A stretch of DNA of 56,152 nucleotides from a virus (Duplodnaviria; Caudoviricetes), in IMG/VR virus record IMGVR_UViG_3300006737_007029, positions 1-56,152 of that record. One strand, given 5' to 3'. Position 1 is the stretch's first letter. Each line of letters starts with the position of its first letter. A model generated the notes under the pieces. It was not told the DNA's origin. It did not search any database and saw nothing but the letters and a program-made list of their open reading frames with translations. Position numbers and translations under genes: made by a program. Shown here one piece after another: positions 6,938-16,704 of this stretch.

Positions 6938-9920
6938 ACTGATTCTTCAGCCATTCAAAATCATAACTTAATTTAATATCTTGTCCACTGTCAAAAAACT
7001 TTTGACCATCATTGGCTCCTTGTAATACCCACTCGCTATTTTCACCTTCTGCCACTGTGCACCAAATGTGCAATCTTTCTTGTGTAATTTTGTCAGGTTT
7101 TTGGCTATTAAAGTAATTCAGTTTGACCACTTCACGGAAAGCAGTCCTCCATGCCAACCATGGATCTTGATTGAACAGCATTGTAGTACTCATAATGTCT
7201 TCAAAATCATGTGCCTTAGACATTGTGAAGTCGATTCCAGGATCTGTTGTTTCTAGCACTAATTTTTTATTGTACAGAATAATTCCTTCATGACCATATT
7301 TTAATCCATTCACTGGATTGTAACTGTTGAAAATCCAATGGCAGGGATTGTGCAATCTATCAACTTGGTATTCAAAATCAAAGTCAGGATGAATATCTAA
7401 CTTAGGGAACACAGCAAAAAAATAATCAGTGTTTGATATTTCTGCCGCTTTGTGATAAGCCTGTGTTTGGCCTTTTATTCCATGCACCCTTTTGGCCCTT
7501 GGATATTTTTTAGTGAGTTGTTTGTATTTTTCGTCAGCCATTGGTTCATCATATGATATAAAAATTATGTCATTAGGTTGTGTTGATATATCATGTTGAT
7601 GCGTATCAATGGCAGGATAATCATACACTTGATCAATTACAAATGATTTTGCTTCACGTGGTACCAACAACATTTGCTTATGTGTGCCAAAACAATCGAT
7701 GTTGACTTCATCCCATCTTGCAGGATAATAGTTTGGCAATTTTTGTTGTTGCACACTGTCTTCTACAAACCATTCATAATGATGTGTGAATGTGTGTTGT
7801 TGTATCTTCTCGGCGGCACCTTGGCCCAATGAATACGTATTCACTGGAAGATCATAATAATTCAAATCAGATGTATGATATTTTATTGTATCGAACCATT
7901 CTAATTTTTGCAAGGTGTCCATTTGCTTTTTGAACTCAGCAAGTGGCACCCACATCACGTATCCATATTCAGATTGTTCATTATGAAACACATGAATATA
8001 TTTTGATTCCCAGTCAGCAGGATGCCATTTGTAATCAAAATTAGCATCATCCACAATAGAAGCTGTAATCCAAATGTTTCTTTCGTCACTGTTATTTGCT
8101 ATTCGTTTTATAAAATTAAACAAGTTTGAAAACAATCTTGTGCCTTCGTCGTCAGGTATCATGTTAGAACATCTGTGTATAGTGCCTGTGGTTTTGCGTA
8201 CAACTTTATTTTCATGAAACTGTTGTCTACAATCGTTTGGGTCCAACGCTTTGTTGATCAAATATGTACCAGAAGTTTCTGAAAACTGATCTCCAAACAC
8301 ATGTACAAATTTGCGTTGTGCTGTTTCAGGATGCCATGTAAAATCAAAATCTGAGTAATCATTTTCTTTGCTAGTTAACCAATACCATTCAGTGTTAGAT
8401 TCTGCATGATGATTTAATTCTCCATCATATTCTATAATATCAAATTTTGCGGTTCTGACAACAGTGTCAGGGTGATATTGCCATCTGATATTGGTAATAT
8501 CATGACTTTTGTGTACCAAATATGTATTGGAATCATCTGCGTGTTGATCACCAAAACAATGCACATATTTGGTTTGCCAACTCTCTGGATGCCATGTAAA
8601 ATCGAAGTCAGTATAGTCATTTTCATCGGAGATGATCCAGTACCAGTCAGTGTCCGAATTCACCGTCTTAAGACCGCTTATTTTGAATCTATTCCATGGT
8701 TTAACACGGTGGAAAGCATGATTATGATACTCTACTTTGACGTTATCCAAATCGCAGTCTTTTGGTACTAGATAGGTGTTTGCATCGTCAGAATGTTGAT
8801 CTCCAAAGCAGTGAACATACCTGCCCTTCCATGATTCTGGATGCCATTTGAAATCAAAATTTTGGTAATCATTTGCATCATCAACAATCCAATACCAATC
8901 CTGTTTGGTGTCGCATTTCTGCAATCCTTTGACATGAAACTGTTCAAATGATTCTGTACGGGTAATAGCATTTGGATGGTACTGTATTCTGGCGTTGTTT
9001 ATGTCAGTGTCGCGATGTACAAGGTATGTGCCAGCATCATCTGAGTATTGATCTCCAAAGCAATGAACATACTTGCTTTGCCATTCATCTGGATGCCAAG
9101 TAAAATCAAAATCAGAGTAATCATTACCATCGCTGGTTATCCAGTAGTATTCATCCTCAGTGTCACAGTTCTGAAGTTTTATACCATGAAACCTTTGAAA
9201 CGGTTTGTGACATGTCACAGTTTTAGGATGATAATATTTCCTTGCGTTAGCAAAGTCTACTTCATCTGCAACATAATATGTGCGTGAATCATCAGCATGT
9301 TGATCGCCAAAACAATGCACATATTTTTCTTCCCATGGTTCTGGATGCCATGTAAAATTAAATCCAGCATATGAATTCCTGTCATCAGTTTTCCAATGGA
9401 GGTGATTGTATCCAGTGCGTTTAATAACAAAGTTGTGATATTTGTATTCTATGTTTGCCAGATCACAATCTTTATGAATAATGTAAGTGCCACCATGTGT
9501 GCAGTGTTGATCAGGAAACACATGAACAAAATTTTTCTCCCATAGTGCAGGATGCCATGTAAAATCAAAATCAACATAATCATTAAATGGATTTGTCACC
9601 CAATACCATTCAGTAGATGTTTCTGATTGAAAGTCTATTTTATGTGTATCAGTAAAAACATCAAATGCTTGATTTCTTATTACTGTTTGCGATACAAATT
9701 TAAAGTCTGTTTGATTATCGTGATTGATGTGCACCAGATATGTTCCACCATGCACAGAGTGTTGATCTCCAAAAGCATGAATGAATTGTTTCTCCCAATC
9801 AGGCGGATCATAATCAAAATTAAAATTAGAATAATCTACTCGGCTGTCTGTGAGCCAGTACCATTCTGTGTTGGATTTATGTTGTGTGATTTGTCCTTCA
9901 AATGCATATCTATCATACAT
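6918..9920 (-). CDS. 1000-aa protein with eight or nine ~80-aa aromatic repeats and a C-terminal GT-A-like domain
   Basis: Repeat consensus WYW-x6-DYxDFDFTWHPxxWxxKYVHCFGDQH-x5-TYLV; C-terminus DIIFISYDEP..AKRVHG..AWRTAFREVVKL is paralogous to 20636..21520. Confidence 0.8.
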   Translation of the reverse strand: MYDRYAFEGQITQHKSNTEWYWLTDSRVDYSNFNFDYDPPDWEKQFIHAFGDQHSVHGGTYLVHINHDNQTDFKFVSQTVIRNQAFDVFTDTHKIDFQSETSTEWYWVTNPFNDYVDFDFTWHPALWEKNFVHVFPDQHCTHGGTYIIHKDCDLANIEYKYHNFVIKRTGYNHLHWKTDDRNSYAGFNFTWHPEPWEEKYVHCFGDQHADDSRTYYVADEVDFANARKYYHPKTVTCHKPFQRFHGIKLQNCDTEDEYYWITSDGNDYSDFDFTWHPDEWQSKYVHCFGDQYSDDAGTYLVHRDTDINNARIQYHPNAITRTESFEQFHVKGLQKCDTKQDWYWIVDDANDYQNFDFKWHPESWKGRYVHCFGDQHSDDANTYLVPKDCDLDNVKVEYHNHAFHRVKPWNRFKISGLKTVNSDTDWYWIISDENDYTDFDFTWHPESWQTKYVHCFGDQHADDSNTYLVHKSHDITNIRWQYHPDTVVRTAKFDIIEYDGELNHHAESNTEWYWLTSKENDYSDFDFTWHPETAQRKFVHVFGDQFSETSGTYLINKALDPNDCRQQFHENKVVRKTTGTIHRCSNMIPDDEGTRLFSNLFNFIKRIANNSDERNIWITASIVDDANFDYKWHPADWESKYIHVFHNEQSEYGYVMWVPLAEFKKQMDTLQKLEWFDTIKYHTSDLNYYDLPVNTYSLGQGAAEKIQQHTFTHHYEWFVEDSVQQQKLPNYYPARWDEVNIDCFGTHKQMLLVPREAKSFVIDQVYDYPAIDTHQHDISTQPNDIIFISYDEPMADEKYKQLTKKYPRAKRVHGIKGQTQAYHKAAEISNTDYFFAVFPKLDIHPDFDFEYQVDRLHNPCHWIFNSYNPVNGLKYGHEGIILYNKKLVLETTDPGIDFTMSKAHDFEDIMSTTMLFNQDPWLAWRTAFREVVKLNYFNSQKPDKITQERLHIWCTVAEGENSEWVLQGANDGQKFFDSGQDIKLSYDFEWLKNQFNKVSI
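7940..9880 (-). repeat. intragenic tandem protein repeats (8 clear copies, ~75-90 aa each)
   Basis: Repeated FDFTWHP/HCFGDQ; DNA-level recurrence of ggatgccatgtaaaatc and gttgatc..caaa. Confidence 0.85.
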
Positions 9921-9921
9921 G

Positions 9922-11370
9922 TCACGAGCAAACCTTTACGCCATATTTTTCTTCGAAGCGATCAGCATCTTCTCTTGTGTTCACCATCGGCTCACCACGA
10001 ATGTTTAGTGACGTATTCAGCAACATAGGACAACCTGTTTTTGCATACCAAGCTTCTAACAATGCTCTGAATCCTGTTGAATCATTTTTGCCCACTGTTT
10101 GTACTCTGCTGGTACCATCCACATGAATGATTGCTGGATACAGTTCTGGCTTCAAACATTCGCCTACAAACTGCATATGAGGTGAATGACTGGTACACAT
10201 CTTGAAGTTGTGTTGAACATGTTCTTCCAGTATTGCCGGAGCAAAAGGCCTGAACTTTTGTCTGCGTTTTATGGCATTCACTTGATCCTTAATTTCAGGA
10301 CCTCTAGGGTCTGCTAACAATGATCTGTGCCCTAAAGCACGTGGTCCAAATTCAGCACGACCAGACGCTACTCCCACTATCTTTTTGGTGTCTAATTCGT
10401 GCAATAACGCCTCTACAGGGTATGGATTATCAATATTGGTGCCAATGTACGGCCCCGGCCAATTGACATGTGATCCACGATGTGCAAGTGCGGCTCCGAG
10501 TGAAGATCCACAATCTCCTGGATTGGGCATTATCCACACATTTTCAAAGTAGTAATGCAACAAATGATTGGCCACACAGTTCAGGGCAACACCTCCCATA
10601 AAAACCACATTGTTCATTCTTGTCCATGTGTAGGCAGTACACATCAATTGGTCAATACATTCTTCTGTGACTTGCTGTATTGAAGCCGCAATATCCTCCA
10701 CTTTAGCATCTGGCATCCAGTTGCCTATTCCTTTGTGTACATTTTTCTTTAAATGAAAATGTGTAGGATTTACAAATTCTTGTTTTATTTGATGTGCATA
10801 CTTGGGTTTGCCCCAACCTGCCATGCCCATTGTTATATACTCTTCGTCCATGGGTTTCAATCCGCATCTTTGAGTAAATGCTGAGTACAATAATCCTAGT
10901 GAGTGCGGATAAGACCATGACGCAAGTCTTTTAAGTTTATTTCCTTTTGCTTCCCATATAGTAATGCATTCAAACTCTCCAATAGCATCTGCTACCACAA
11001 TTACTGCTTCTTTGAATGGTGATGTAAAATATCCTGCTGTTGCATGAGTGTAATGATGATCATACAGTTCGACTGGTGCTGTGATACCAAACTGTTTCAT
11101 GTATTTGCTTGGGTGCTGATCAAAAGAAGAATACCTCCATTCACCAGTCCATAATTTCCTAATGTTTTTCTTCCATGGCTTTTCATACCATGCTACCACA
11201 TCTGGCTTGCCCCAAGTGAGTGCTTCATTAACAATATCTTGATTTAATAATTTGTCATGTTTTACTCCTGAATATCTTTCTGCGTGAGCACCAAATACAA
11301 CTTCACCATCTTTAACAACACTTAATCCTGCATCGTGAAAGTGAGCAGATGCTCCCCAAACTACTCCCAT
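9922..11370 (-). CDS. NodU/CmcH/TobZ-family O-carbamoyltransferase
   Basis: HFHDAG, AERYSGVKHD, DHHYTHA, DAIGE, GGVALNC, PNPGDCGSSLGAA, EFGPRALGHRSLLADP, FRPFAP, HVDGTSRVQTV, LLNTSLN; start moved to ATG 11370, which overlaps the upstream stop. Confidence 0.93.
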   Translation of the reverse strand: MGVVWGASAHFHDAGLSVVKDGEVVFGAHAERYSGVKHDKLLNQDIVNEALTWGKPDVVAWYEKPWKKNIRKLWTGEWRYSSFDQHPSKYMKQFGITAPVELYDHHYTHATAGYFTSPFKEAVIVVADAIGEFECITIWEAKGNKLKRLASWSYPHSLGLLYSAFTQRCGLKPMDEEYITMGMAGWGKPKYAHQIKQEFVNPTHFHLKKNVHKGIGNWMPDAKVEDIAASIQQVTEECIDQLMCTAYTWTRMNNVVFMGGVALNCVANHLLHYYFENVWIMPNPGDCGSSLGAALAHRGSHVNWPGPYIGTNIDNPYPVEALLHELDTKKIVGVASGRAEFGPRALGHRSLLADPRGPEIKDQVNAIKRRQKFRPFAPAILEEHVQHNFKMCTSHSPHMQFVGECLKPELYPAIIHVDGTSRVQTVGKNDSTGFRALLEAWYAKTGCPMLLNTSLNIRGEPMVNTREDADRFEEKYGVKVCS

Positions 11371-12401
11371 GTTCTTGTATCTCCAAATGCACTGTCCGGC
11401 ACACCCATTTCTTTTGCCATGGGTATCCATGTTTGATTTACATAATGCTTATAGTTGTATTCCAAAATGCTATTCATTTCTGCTTTCATTTCCTTTACAT
11501 TGTATTGTACACTAATCCAATCTACAATGTCTAATATTTTTTCCAGTCTTTGTCTGTGTGAATATTTGTCATAATCTTCTGACCACCAATTGTCAAATGT
11601 TTTAAAACCAATCTCTTTTAGTTTTCCAAGTGTGCCTTTACCGGCCATTAATAAAAATGGCGTTTTGAAAATGATGGGCCTCAAAGTTTTTTCTGTGGTA
11701 AAGCAAGTGTCTAGGTCTGTTTCACTTACAATATCAACAAACATATTTTTGTAATAATAGTGTAATGGAGCAACTTGTCTGGGCCATTCATAAAAATCAT
11801 CTTTACTTGGCGTTTCGTATGTATTTTTTTGTGGTAATGTGTCTGCCACTTCTCTTGCTCTTCCTATTAGTTTGCCTTTATCAAGATGTATTGGAATGTA
11901 ATTTTTCAATCTAGCAAAAAATTTGTCGTCAAAGTCCCAACCATTCCATATAGAGTACCACATGTCGTTTTGGTATTTTTCTAACATCACATGCATGGCC
12001 AATCTATCTGGTGATGCTCTACCTATAAAATGACCAAAAGTTTTAAACAGTCTGTCTGTCACATCTGGTTCAGAGGTTGGTTTGTATACATCTAACCATT
12101 TGTCATTGACCAAAGGCATTGTGTTGCAAGGATATGATGCAAACATGTCAGATATGTACAAAGTCAATTTATTCATCTCAATCCCACACTCTCCGGCAAC
12201 ACTTTCAATCACTGGCCATGCACCATTGGCATACAATCCATAACCTTCATTAGTAAAATCTATAACAGGATCAAATCCTTGTTTATTGCATCTGACAAAG
12301 TAGGCACGTAGGTCATCTTGGAGAGACGGAAATGTTTCGTGTAAGTTTATGTGCCCTGATGCGTTGAGATCGTAACATTCTGTTACTGGGTCTACAATCA
12401 T
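11361..12401 (-). CDS. putative glycosyltransferase-like protein (GT10/GT-B-like C-terminal domain)
   Basis: FVDIVSET..FTTEKTLRPI..PFLL..GFKTFDNWWSEDYD; paralog of 12398..13435; start set at ATGA-coupled 12401. Confidence 0.6.
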   Translation of the reverse strand: MIVDPVTECYDLNASGHINLHETFPSLQDDLRAYFVRCNKQGFDPVIDFTNEGYGLYANGAWPVIESVAGECGIEMNKLTLYISDMFASYPCNTMPLVNDKWLDVYKPTSEPDVTDRLFKTFGHFIGRASPDRLAMHVMLEKYQNDMWYSIWNGWDFDDKFFARLKNYIPIHLDKGKLIGRAREVADTLPQKNTYETPSKDDFYEWPRQVAPLHYYYKNMFVDIVSETDLDTCFTTEKTLRPIIFKTPFLLMAGKGTLGKLKEIGFKTFDNWWSEDYDKYSHRQRLEKILDIVDWISVQYNVKEMKAEMNSILEYNYKHYVNQTWIPMAKEMGVPDSAFGDTRTWE

Positions 12402-13435
12402 AATAGTTGTCCTTTGCCATCGTGCCAAAATTGTACATCAAATTTGTCTAAGTGTTCCAGCCAACCTTTTGTTAGCAGATGCTGAAAATTATGTTCAACA
12501 GTGTCCTGCATTTCAAGGTTCCATTCTGATAACTCTTTGTAGCTCATTTTTCCAATTTGAATAATTCTTTTTAGCACACGATCATATCGTGACCTTCCAT
12601 TTGCTTCATCGTAACGCTCATCGAACCAATCATCAAAAGTTTTGAATCCTAGTATGCGTAAGTTTTTCATAAAGTTTCTACCACACATAGTAATAAATGG
12701 TTTTTTGAACAAGATTGGCCTAATAGTTTTTTCAGTTATAAAAAAATTGTTATCATGTATATCTGTTTCATGCACAATCTCAACAAATGCATTGGTATAC
12801 ATATGCTTTAATCCTAACATGTTGTTAGGAAAAGTTACATAATCTTCGCGACTTACTTCTGTCAAAAAATTTTTTGGTGGATCTAAAGTATATTTGACCA
12901 TGTCTACAATTTGATCAGGAGCAAAGTGATTATTTGTCAATCCATGAAATGTGTCATCTATCACTCTTTGCCTGTTTCTGGTTGGGCCGATTGTTGTCCA
13001 TGAGTCATCAGCATAGTTCTCTCTCAAATATTTGTTTATGCCTATCCTATCCCACGTGGCCCGGCCTATGAAGTGTAAAAATTTTTTTTCTGCAACTTTA
13101 CTAAAATCTTGTTTGAAATTAGGAAACTCTGCGGCAGTTTCCATTAACCATCTAGGTTGATGTATAATCACGTTACAAGGATAATCAGCAGTCATATCTC
13201 CAATTACTAATGTCAAAGATGCTGTGTGTACATCACATGCTTCACACACTGCTTCGATAATACTCCATACTCCATTATGATATAAACTATAACCTTCTGG
13301 ATACATGTCTAAAATTATTTCTTGATTTTGTGATGTTTGATTTTTGATATATGTGGTAAGATCTTTAACAAGTTTGCCAGTGTTGTAGACAGAATCTACT
13401 CCAGTGTATTCCCATAAGCAAAAAGTATTTTTCAT
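12398..13435 (-). CDS. putative glycosyltransferase-like protein (GT10/GT-B-like C-terminal domain)
   Basis: FVEIVHET..FITEKTIRPILFKKPFI..GFKTFDDWFDERYD; the E..TEK..P pattern recalls the GT10 donor-binding motif. Confidence 0.6.
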   Translation of the reverse strand: MKNTFCLWEYTGVDSVYNTGKLVKDLTTYIKNQTSQNQEIILDMYPEGYSLYHNGVWSIIEAVCEACDVHTASLTLVIGDMTADYPCNVIIHQPRWLMETAAEFPNFKQDFSKVAEKKFLHFIGRATWDRIGINKYLRENYADDSWTTIGPTRNRQRVIDDTFHGLTNNHFAPDQIVDMVKYTLDPPKNFLTEVSREDYVTFPNNMLGLKHMYTNAFVEIVHETDIHDNNFFITEKTIRPILFKKPFITMCGRNFMKNLRILGFKTFDDWFDERYDEANGRSRYDRVLKRIIQIGKMSYKELSEWNLEMQDTVEHNFQHLLTKGWLEHLDKFDVQFWHDGKGQLL

Positions 13436-13438
13436 TGA

Positions 13439-13543
13439 TTAGTGATAAATGAAAGGATCCTTCTTCTTTAGTTCTTTCATTTTTTTCCTGTAACGTATTT
13501 CAAGAAGAATATTGTTGTACAATTTTTTAATCCATCTAAACAT
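13439..13543 (-). CDS. 34-aa basic peptide ending DPFIYH (SxtK/DUF5989-like C-terminus)
   Basis: MFRWIKKLYNNILLEIRYRKKMKELKKKDPFIYH fills the gap between 13552 and 13435; same operon as the carbamoyltransferase. Confidence 0.65.
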   Translation of the reverse strand: MFRWIKKLYNNILLEIRYRKKMKELKKKDPFIYH

Positions 13544-13551
13544 GTGTGTAA

Positions 13552-14232
13552 TTATCCTTTTAATCTTACCGTTACAAGTGAAGCGGCATCTGAATGTGCT
13601 TGGTGTAAAGGATGTCGGTAAGGTCCATGTTTGTACTTGCAATCACTTGCCCATTCAACAAATCCTTTGTTATCAAATCCATGCACCTGTTTGAATTCCA
13701 GCAGTTCGCTAGTTGCTGTATAAAACAACCAATCTGAATCATGCTCATTACAATGTTGTTGCACTGCTTTAATGCATAACTCAGTCTGAAACATAAACTG
13801 ATCGTTGTTGCCTGTGTATTTGTAATATTGTTCACTTAATTGTGGGATACCCATATCAACCAATTGGGTTGAATATTCATTATACTCACTAAATGTTTTT
13901 GGATCGTAATCCCATGAGTTTGGAGCAAGATCTAACCAAGTAGTTTTGTTTTTGTTCTTATCTTTAATTGCAAAATTTAAATTCACACCAAAACGTGAAG
14001 GATATGTCCATTGAACTATGTACAGTGTCTTTTGTTGTGGAGAATGTTGGAGTATGTTTTTTGTTATTCCTTGATTAGATGCTGAAGGATAAGCAAGACA
14101 TTCATAAGTGGTGTCTAATTGTTTTGCCACTAAAGCAGGATAGGTAGACTGTGAATATGGTTCTTCATCACCCAATTCACTGCCATGTATAAATGAACAT
14201 CCTGCACTAACAATATGCTTATATTGAGTCAT
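13552..14232 (-). CDS. SGNH/GDSL-hydrolase-like protein (possible acyltransferase/esterase)
   Basis: Block I GCSF, ASNQGI, IVQWTYPSR, C-terminal HPLHQAH; start 14232 or 14241. Confidence 0.65.
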   Translation of the reverse strand: MTQYKHIVSAGCSFIHGSELGDEEPYSQSTYPALVAKQLDTTYECLAYPSASNQGITKNILQHSPQQKTLYIVQWTYPSRFGVNLNFAIKDKNKNKTTWLDLAPNSWDYDPKTFSEYNEYSTQLVDMGIPQLSEQYYKYTGNNDQFMFQTELCIKAVQQHCNEHDSDWLFYTATSELLEFKQVHGFDNKGFVEWASDCKYKHGPYRHPLHQAHSDAASLVTVRLKG

Positions 14233-15547
14233 ACCATTCACCTAGTTCTTTGTCTTTCCACATTATCTCACGCATTGTGATAGGATTTTTCCTTCGACTT
14301 TCCATGTGTAAAATAAATTCTTTGCCGTCTTTTATTCCTTGTTCATAATCATTTGGGTAGTCATCAACAAAATGTCCTTGTTGTATCATGTGTTTTAGTT
14401 GATCCACTAATCCTTTTTGTTTTTTTGTTGCACGGGGCTCTATCCTTTCTAACATGTCAGAAAATATTCTTTGTAAAATGTGTTTAGGCATTGCCCTGCA
14501 ACTCATCAATACTTCGGAACTAAATGCGAAAGTTTGTTTTGTAATAATCGGTACATCATATTCTAAACTAAGTTCGAACATTTTTTCTATTTCCCATATT
14601 CCTGCTGTGGTTATAGTGAAATCTAAATTCAATATTTTGTTCCGACCATTTTGAAATTTGTGTGCATGTTTCCAATTGTCTAACCATTTCTCCCAATTTA
14701 AGCCTGATCTAATATATTCGCCTGTAGGGCCTGTGCCATCTATACTTGCACACACTTCCCATGCACTAAATTTTGATAATACATCGTCAAACAGGTTTAA
14801 ATTTTTAAAGACTATCCTACTCAAATTCGTGTTATACCTTGCATACACATTGCCGGCTTGTCCTGTGTCCACAATCATTTTCATAAACTTCCAATGTTGA
14901 TGATACATTAATGGTTCTCCACCTACCCAATAGACTTCACGAATTTGTTTATTTTTTATGGCATGTTCAAATTCTGGTTCTGCCATGTTTGCAACAAATT
15001 CTGCAGTTGCTTTTTTTACTTCTTTACTTGCCCATGGTCTAACTTTATCAAAATTTTCAATATATTTTCTTTCTTCAGTTTCCCAACTAGAGGACAGATT
15101 TGATCCGCACATTCTACACATAAAATTACACAAGTTAGAAAATCTATAATCAAAAGATACGACTGGCATATCTGTACTACCATCTGAATTTGTTTTTTGG
15201 TATGCTTCTTTGATTAAATTTTCAAACAGTTGGTTGAAGTGTTTTCTGTAAGGACTAGTATGTAATATGTTGTGATTACACACTTGGCACTCTGGCAACA
15301 TCTCGCCCTTGAGCATTCTTTGTCTTACAGACTTCATATGATCACTGTTCCACCATTCTGGTAAAGACATAGGATTGTATTCGTTTGTGCCTTCTGATGT
15401 ATCAATGTATTGTTCGAAACTTTGTGCAGGTTCAGTAGAAGCACAACACAGGCGTCTTTCTGATGTAGGTGACAAGTATGTATGTGTCCATGGAGCCATA
15501 CAAAATGTCAAATTGCCCTCTTCTGGTGTTTTCCAATCTTTGCTCAT
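14219..15547 (-). CDS. radical SAM protein with N-terminal twitch (half-SPASM) domain
   Basis: FCMAPW..LCC..ECQVC, then CNFMCRMC, GGEPL, YNTN, ASIDG. Confidence 0.88.
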   Translation of the reverse strand: MSKDWKTPEEGNLTFCMAPWTHTYLSPTSERRLCCASTEPAQSFEQYIDTSEGTNEYNPMSLPEWWNSDHMKSVRQRMLKGEMLPECQVCNHNILHTSPYRKHFNQLFENLIKEAYQKTNSDGSTDMPVVSFDYRFSNLCNFMCRMCGSNLSSSWETEERKYIENFDKVRPWASKEVKKATAEFVANMAEPEFEHAIKNKQIREVYWVGGEPLMYHQHWKFMKMIVDTGQAGNVYARYNTNLSRIVFKNLNLFDDVLSKFSAWEVCASIDGTGPTGEYIRSGLNWEKWLDNWKHAHKFQNGRNKILNLDFTITTAGIWEIEKMFELSLEYDVPIITKQTFAFSSEVLMSCRAMPKHILQRIFSDMLERIEPRATKKQKGLVDQLKHMIQQGHFVDDYPNDYEQGIKDGKEFILHMESRRKNPITMREIMWKDKELGEWYDSI

Positions 15548-16704
15548 ACTAACTCTCTTAATTCAGGAAAAATTTCTGCAAAAGATTCATTTCTAAATTG
15601 ATCACTCAATTTTATTTTCAGTCTGCGTTTGTGTAGCATTTCTTCACTGTGCAAATCAGCTGACATCATAAAATTTACAGCATTTTGAATTTGTTTGTAA
15701 TGCCAAATATCACCATCATATGCATCCAATTTCTTTTTGATTTTTTGTTTGATATGTATAGGAAGATATTGCACATTCCATTCTTTTGCCTCATGCAAAT
15801 AGTTGTAAAACACATAATCAAAATTTTGTTGTTTCATCCAATCTGCCATGTTATCAAGATTGTAGATGTTCTGAATATTGATAGTACAACAAATTTGTGT
15901 TGTAATATTTTTGCTGTTAGATTTTAAATCATTGAACTTGCGTATATTTTCATTTACTTGATCCCACTTTGCTCCATATCTTTGATACTCGAATCTACCA
16001 CGTATATCATCTATACTGAAAGCAATTTCAACATCTTTGAAATGAGGCCATATGTGTTTAATTGCATACTCAGGGTACTGTGTTCCGTTTGTGTTATAAT
16101 GTATTTCTTGCTGTTTCGCGTATCCCAGTTCCACACTTTTTTCCAGTAGATCAAAATGTTCTTGTATCATGAAAGGTTCGCCACCAGTGAATTCAAAATG
16201 CTCTATGTTTGGTAGCATGTCAACAACTTCGTTCCATAAAGAATCTGTTTTACGTGGCCACATGCCTGCCTTCAACCAACCTTTGGCGTGATCACTACCT
16301 TGTTTAATTTCTTCTGCGGCCCATTTAGAAGATGAAAAACCTCCACAGATTCTACATTTTAAATTGCATATGTTTCCTAATTTTAAATCTAAAAATGTTA
16401 TACCTTTTTCGTCAGTGTTCAAACCAAACTTTTCATTCGATATCATTCTTTTTGACGTACCACCTGACTCCTCTAGTGACCAACATTTACTACAAGTATT
16501 AGGTTGTCCTCCTTGCAAAAACTCAGTACGCATGTTTTCCATATACTCTGAATTAAACGCATCTTTGATTGTGTCTCCTTTAGATATATCGTACGGTGAT
16601 CCATCAGGACGTTTGATAGATTCTTCTGCAAGACAACATGGCCGGTACTCACCTAATGGTGTGGTTTCCAAATGCATCCATGGTAGTGTACAAATTTTAC
16701 TCAT
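15544..16704 (-). CDS. radical SAM protein with N-terminal twitch domain
   Basis: ICTLPW..PCC..TCSKC, CNLKCRIC, TGGEPF, YNTNG, FSIDD. Confidence 0.88.
   Translation of the reverse strand: MSKICTLPWMHLETTPLGEYRPCCLAEESIKRPDGSPYDISKGDTIKDAFNSEYMENMRTEFLQGGQPNTCSKCWSLEESGGTSKRMISNEKFGLNTDEKGITFLDLKLGNICNLKCRICGGFSSSKWAAEEIKQGSDHAKGWLKAGMWPRKTDSLWNEVVDMLPNIEHFEFTGGEPFMIQEHFDLLEKSVELGYAKQQEIHYNTNGTQYPEYAIKHIWPHFKDVEIAFSIDDIRGRFEYQRYGAKWDQVNENIRKFNDLKSNSKNITTQICCTINIQNIYNLDNMADWMKQQNFDYVFYNYLHEAKEWNVQYLPIHIKQKIKKKLDAYDGDIWHYKQIQNAVNFMMSADLHSEEMLHKRRLKIKLSDQFRNESFAEIFPELRELV

Noticed and set aside
7940-9880. CRISPR-like regularly spaced DNA repeats
   Set aside because: The repeats are ~250 nt apart, degenerate and in frame within a coding gene
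11371-11430. Upstream start extensions given by the ORF track (carbamoyltransferase 11430, also 12428 and 13642)
   Set aside because: They overlap upstream genes extensively; downstream ATGs at 11370, 12401 and 13543 give normal coupling and family-typical N-termini
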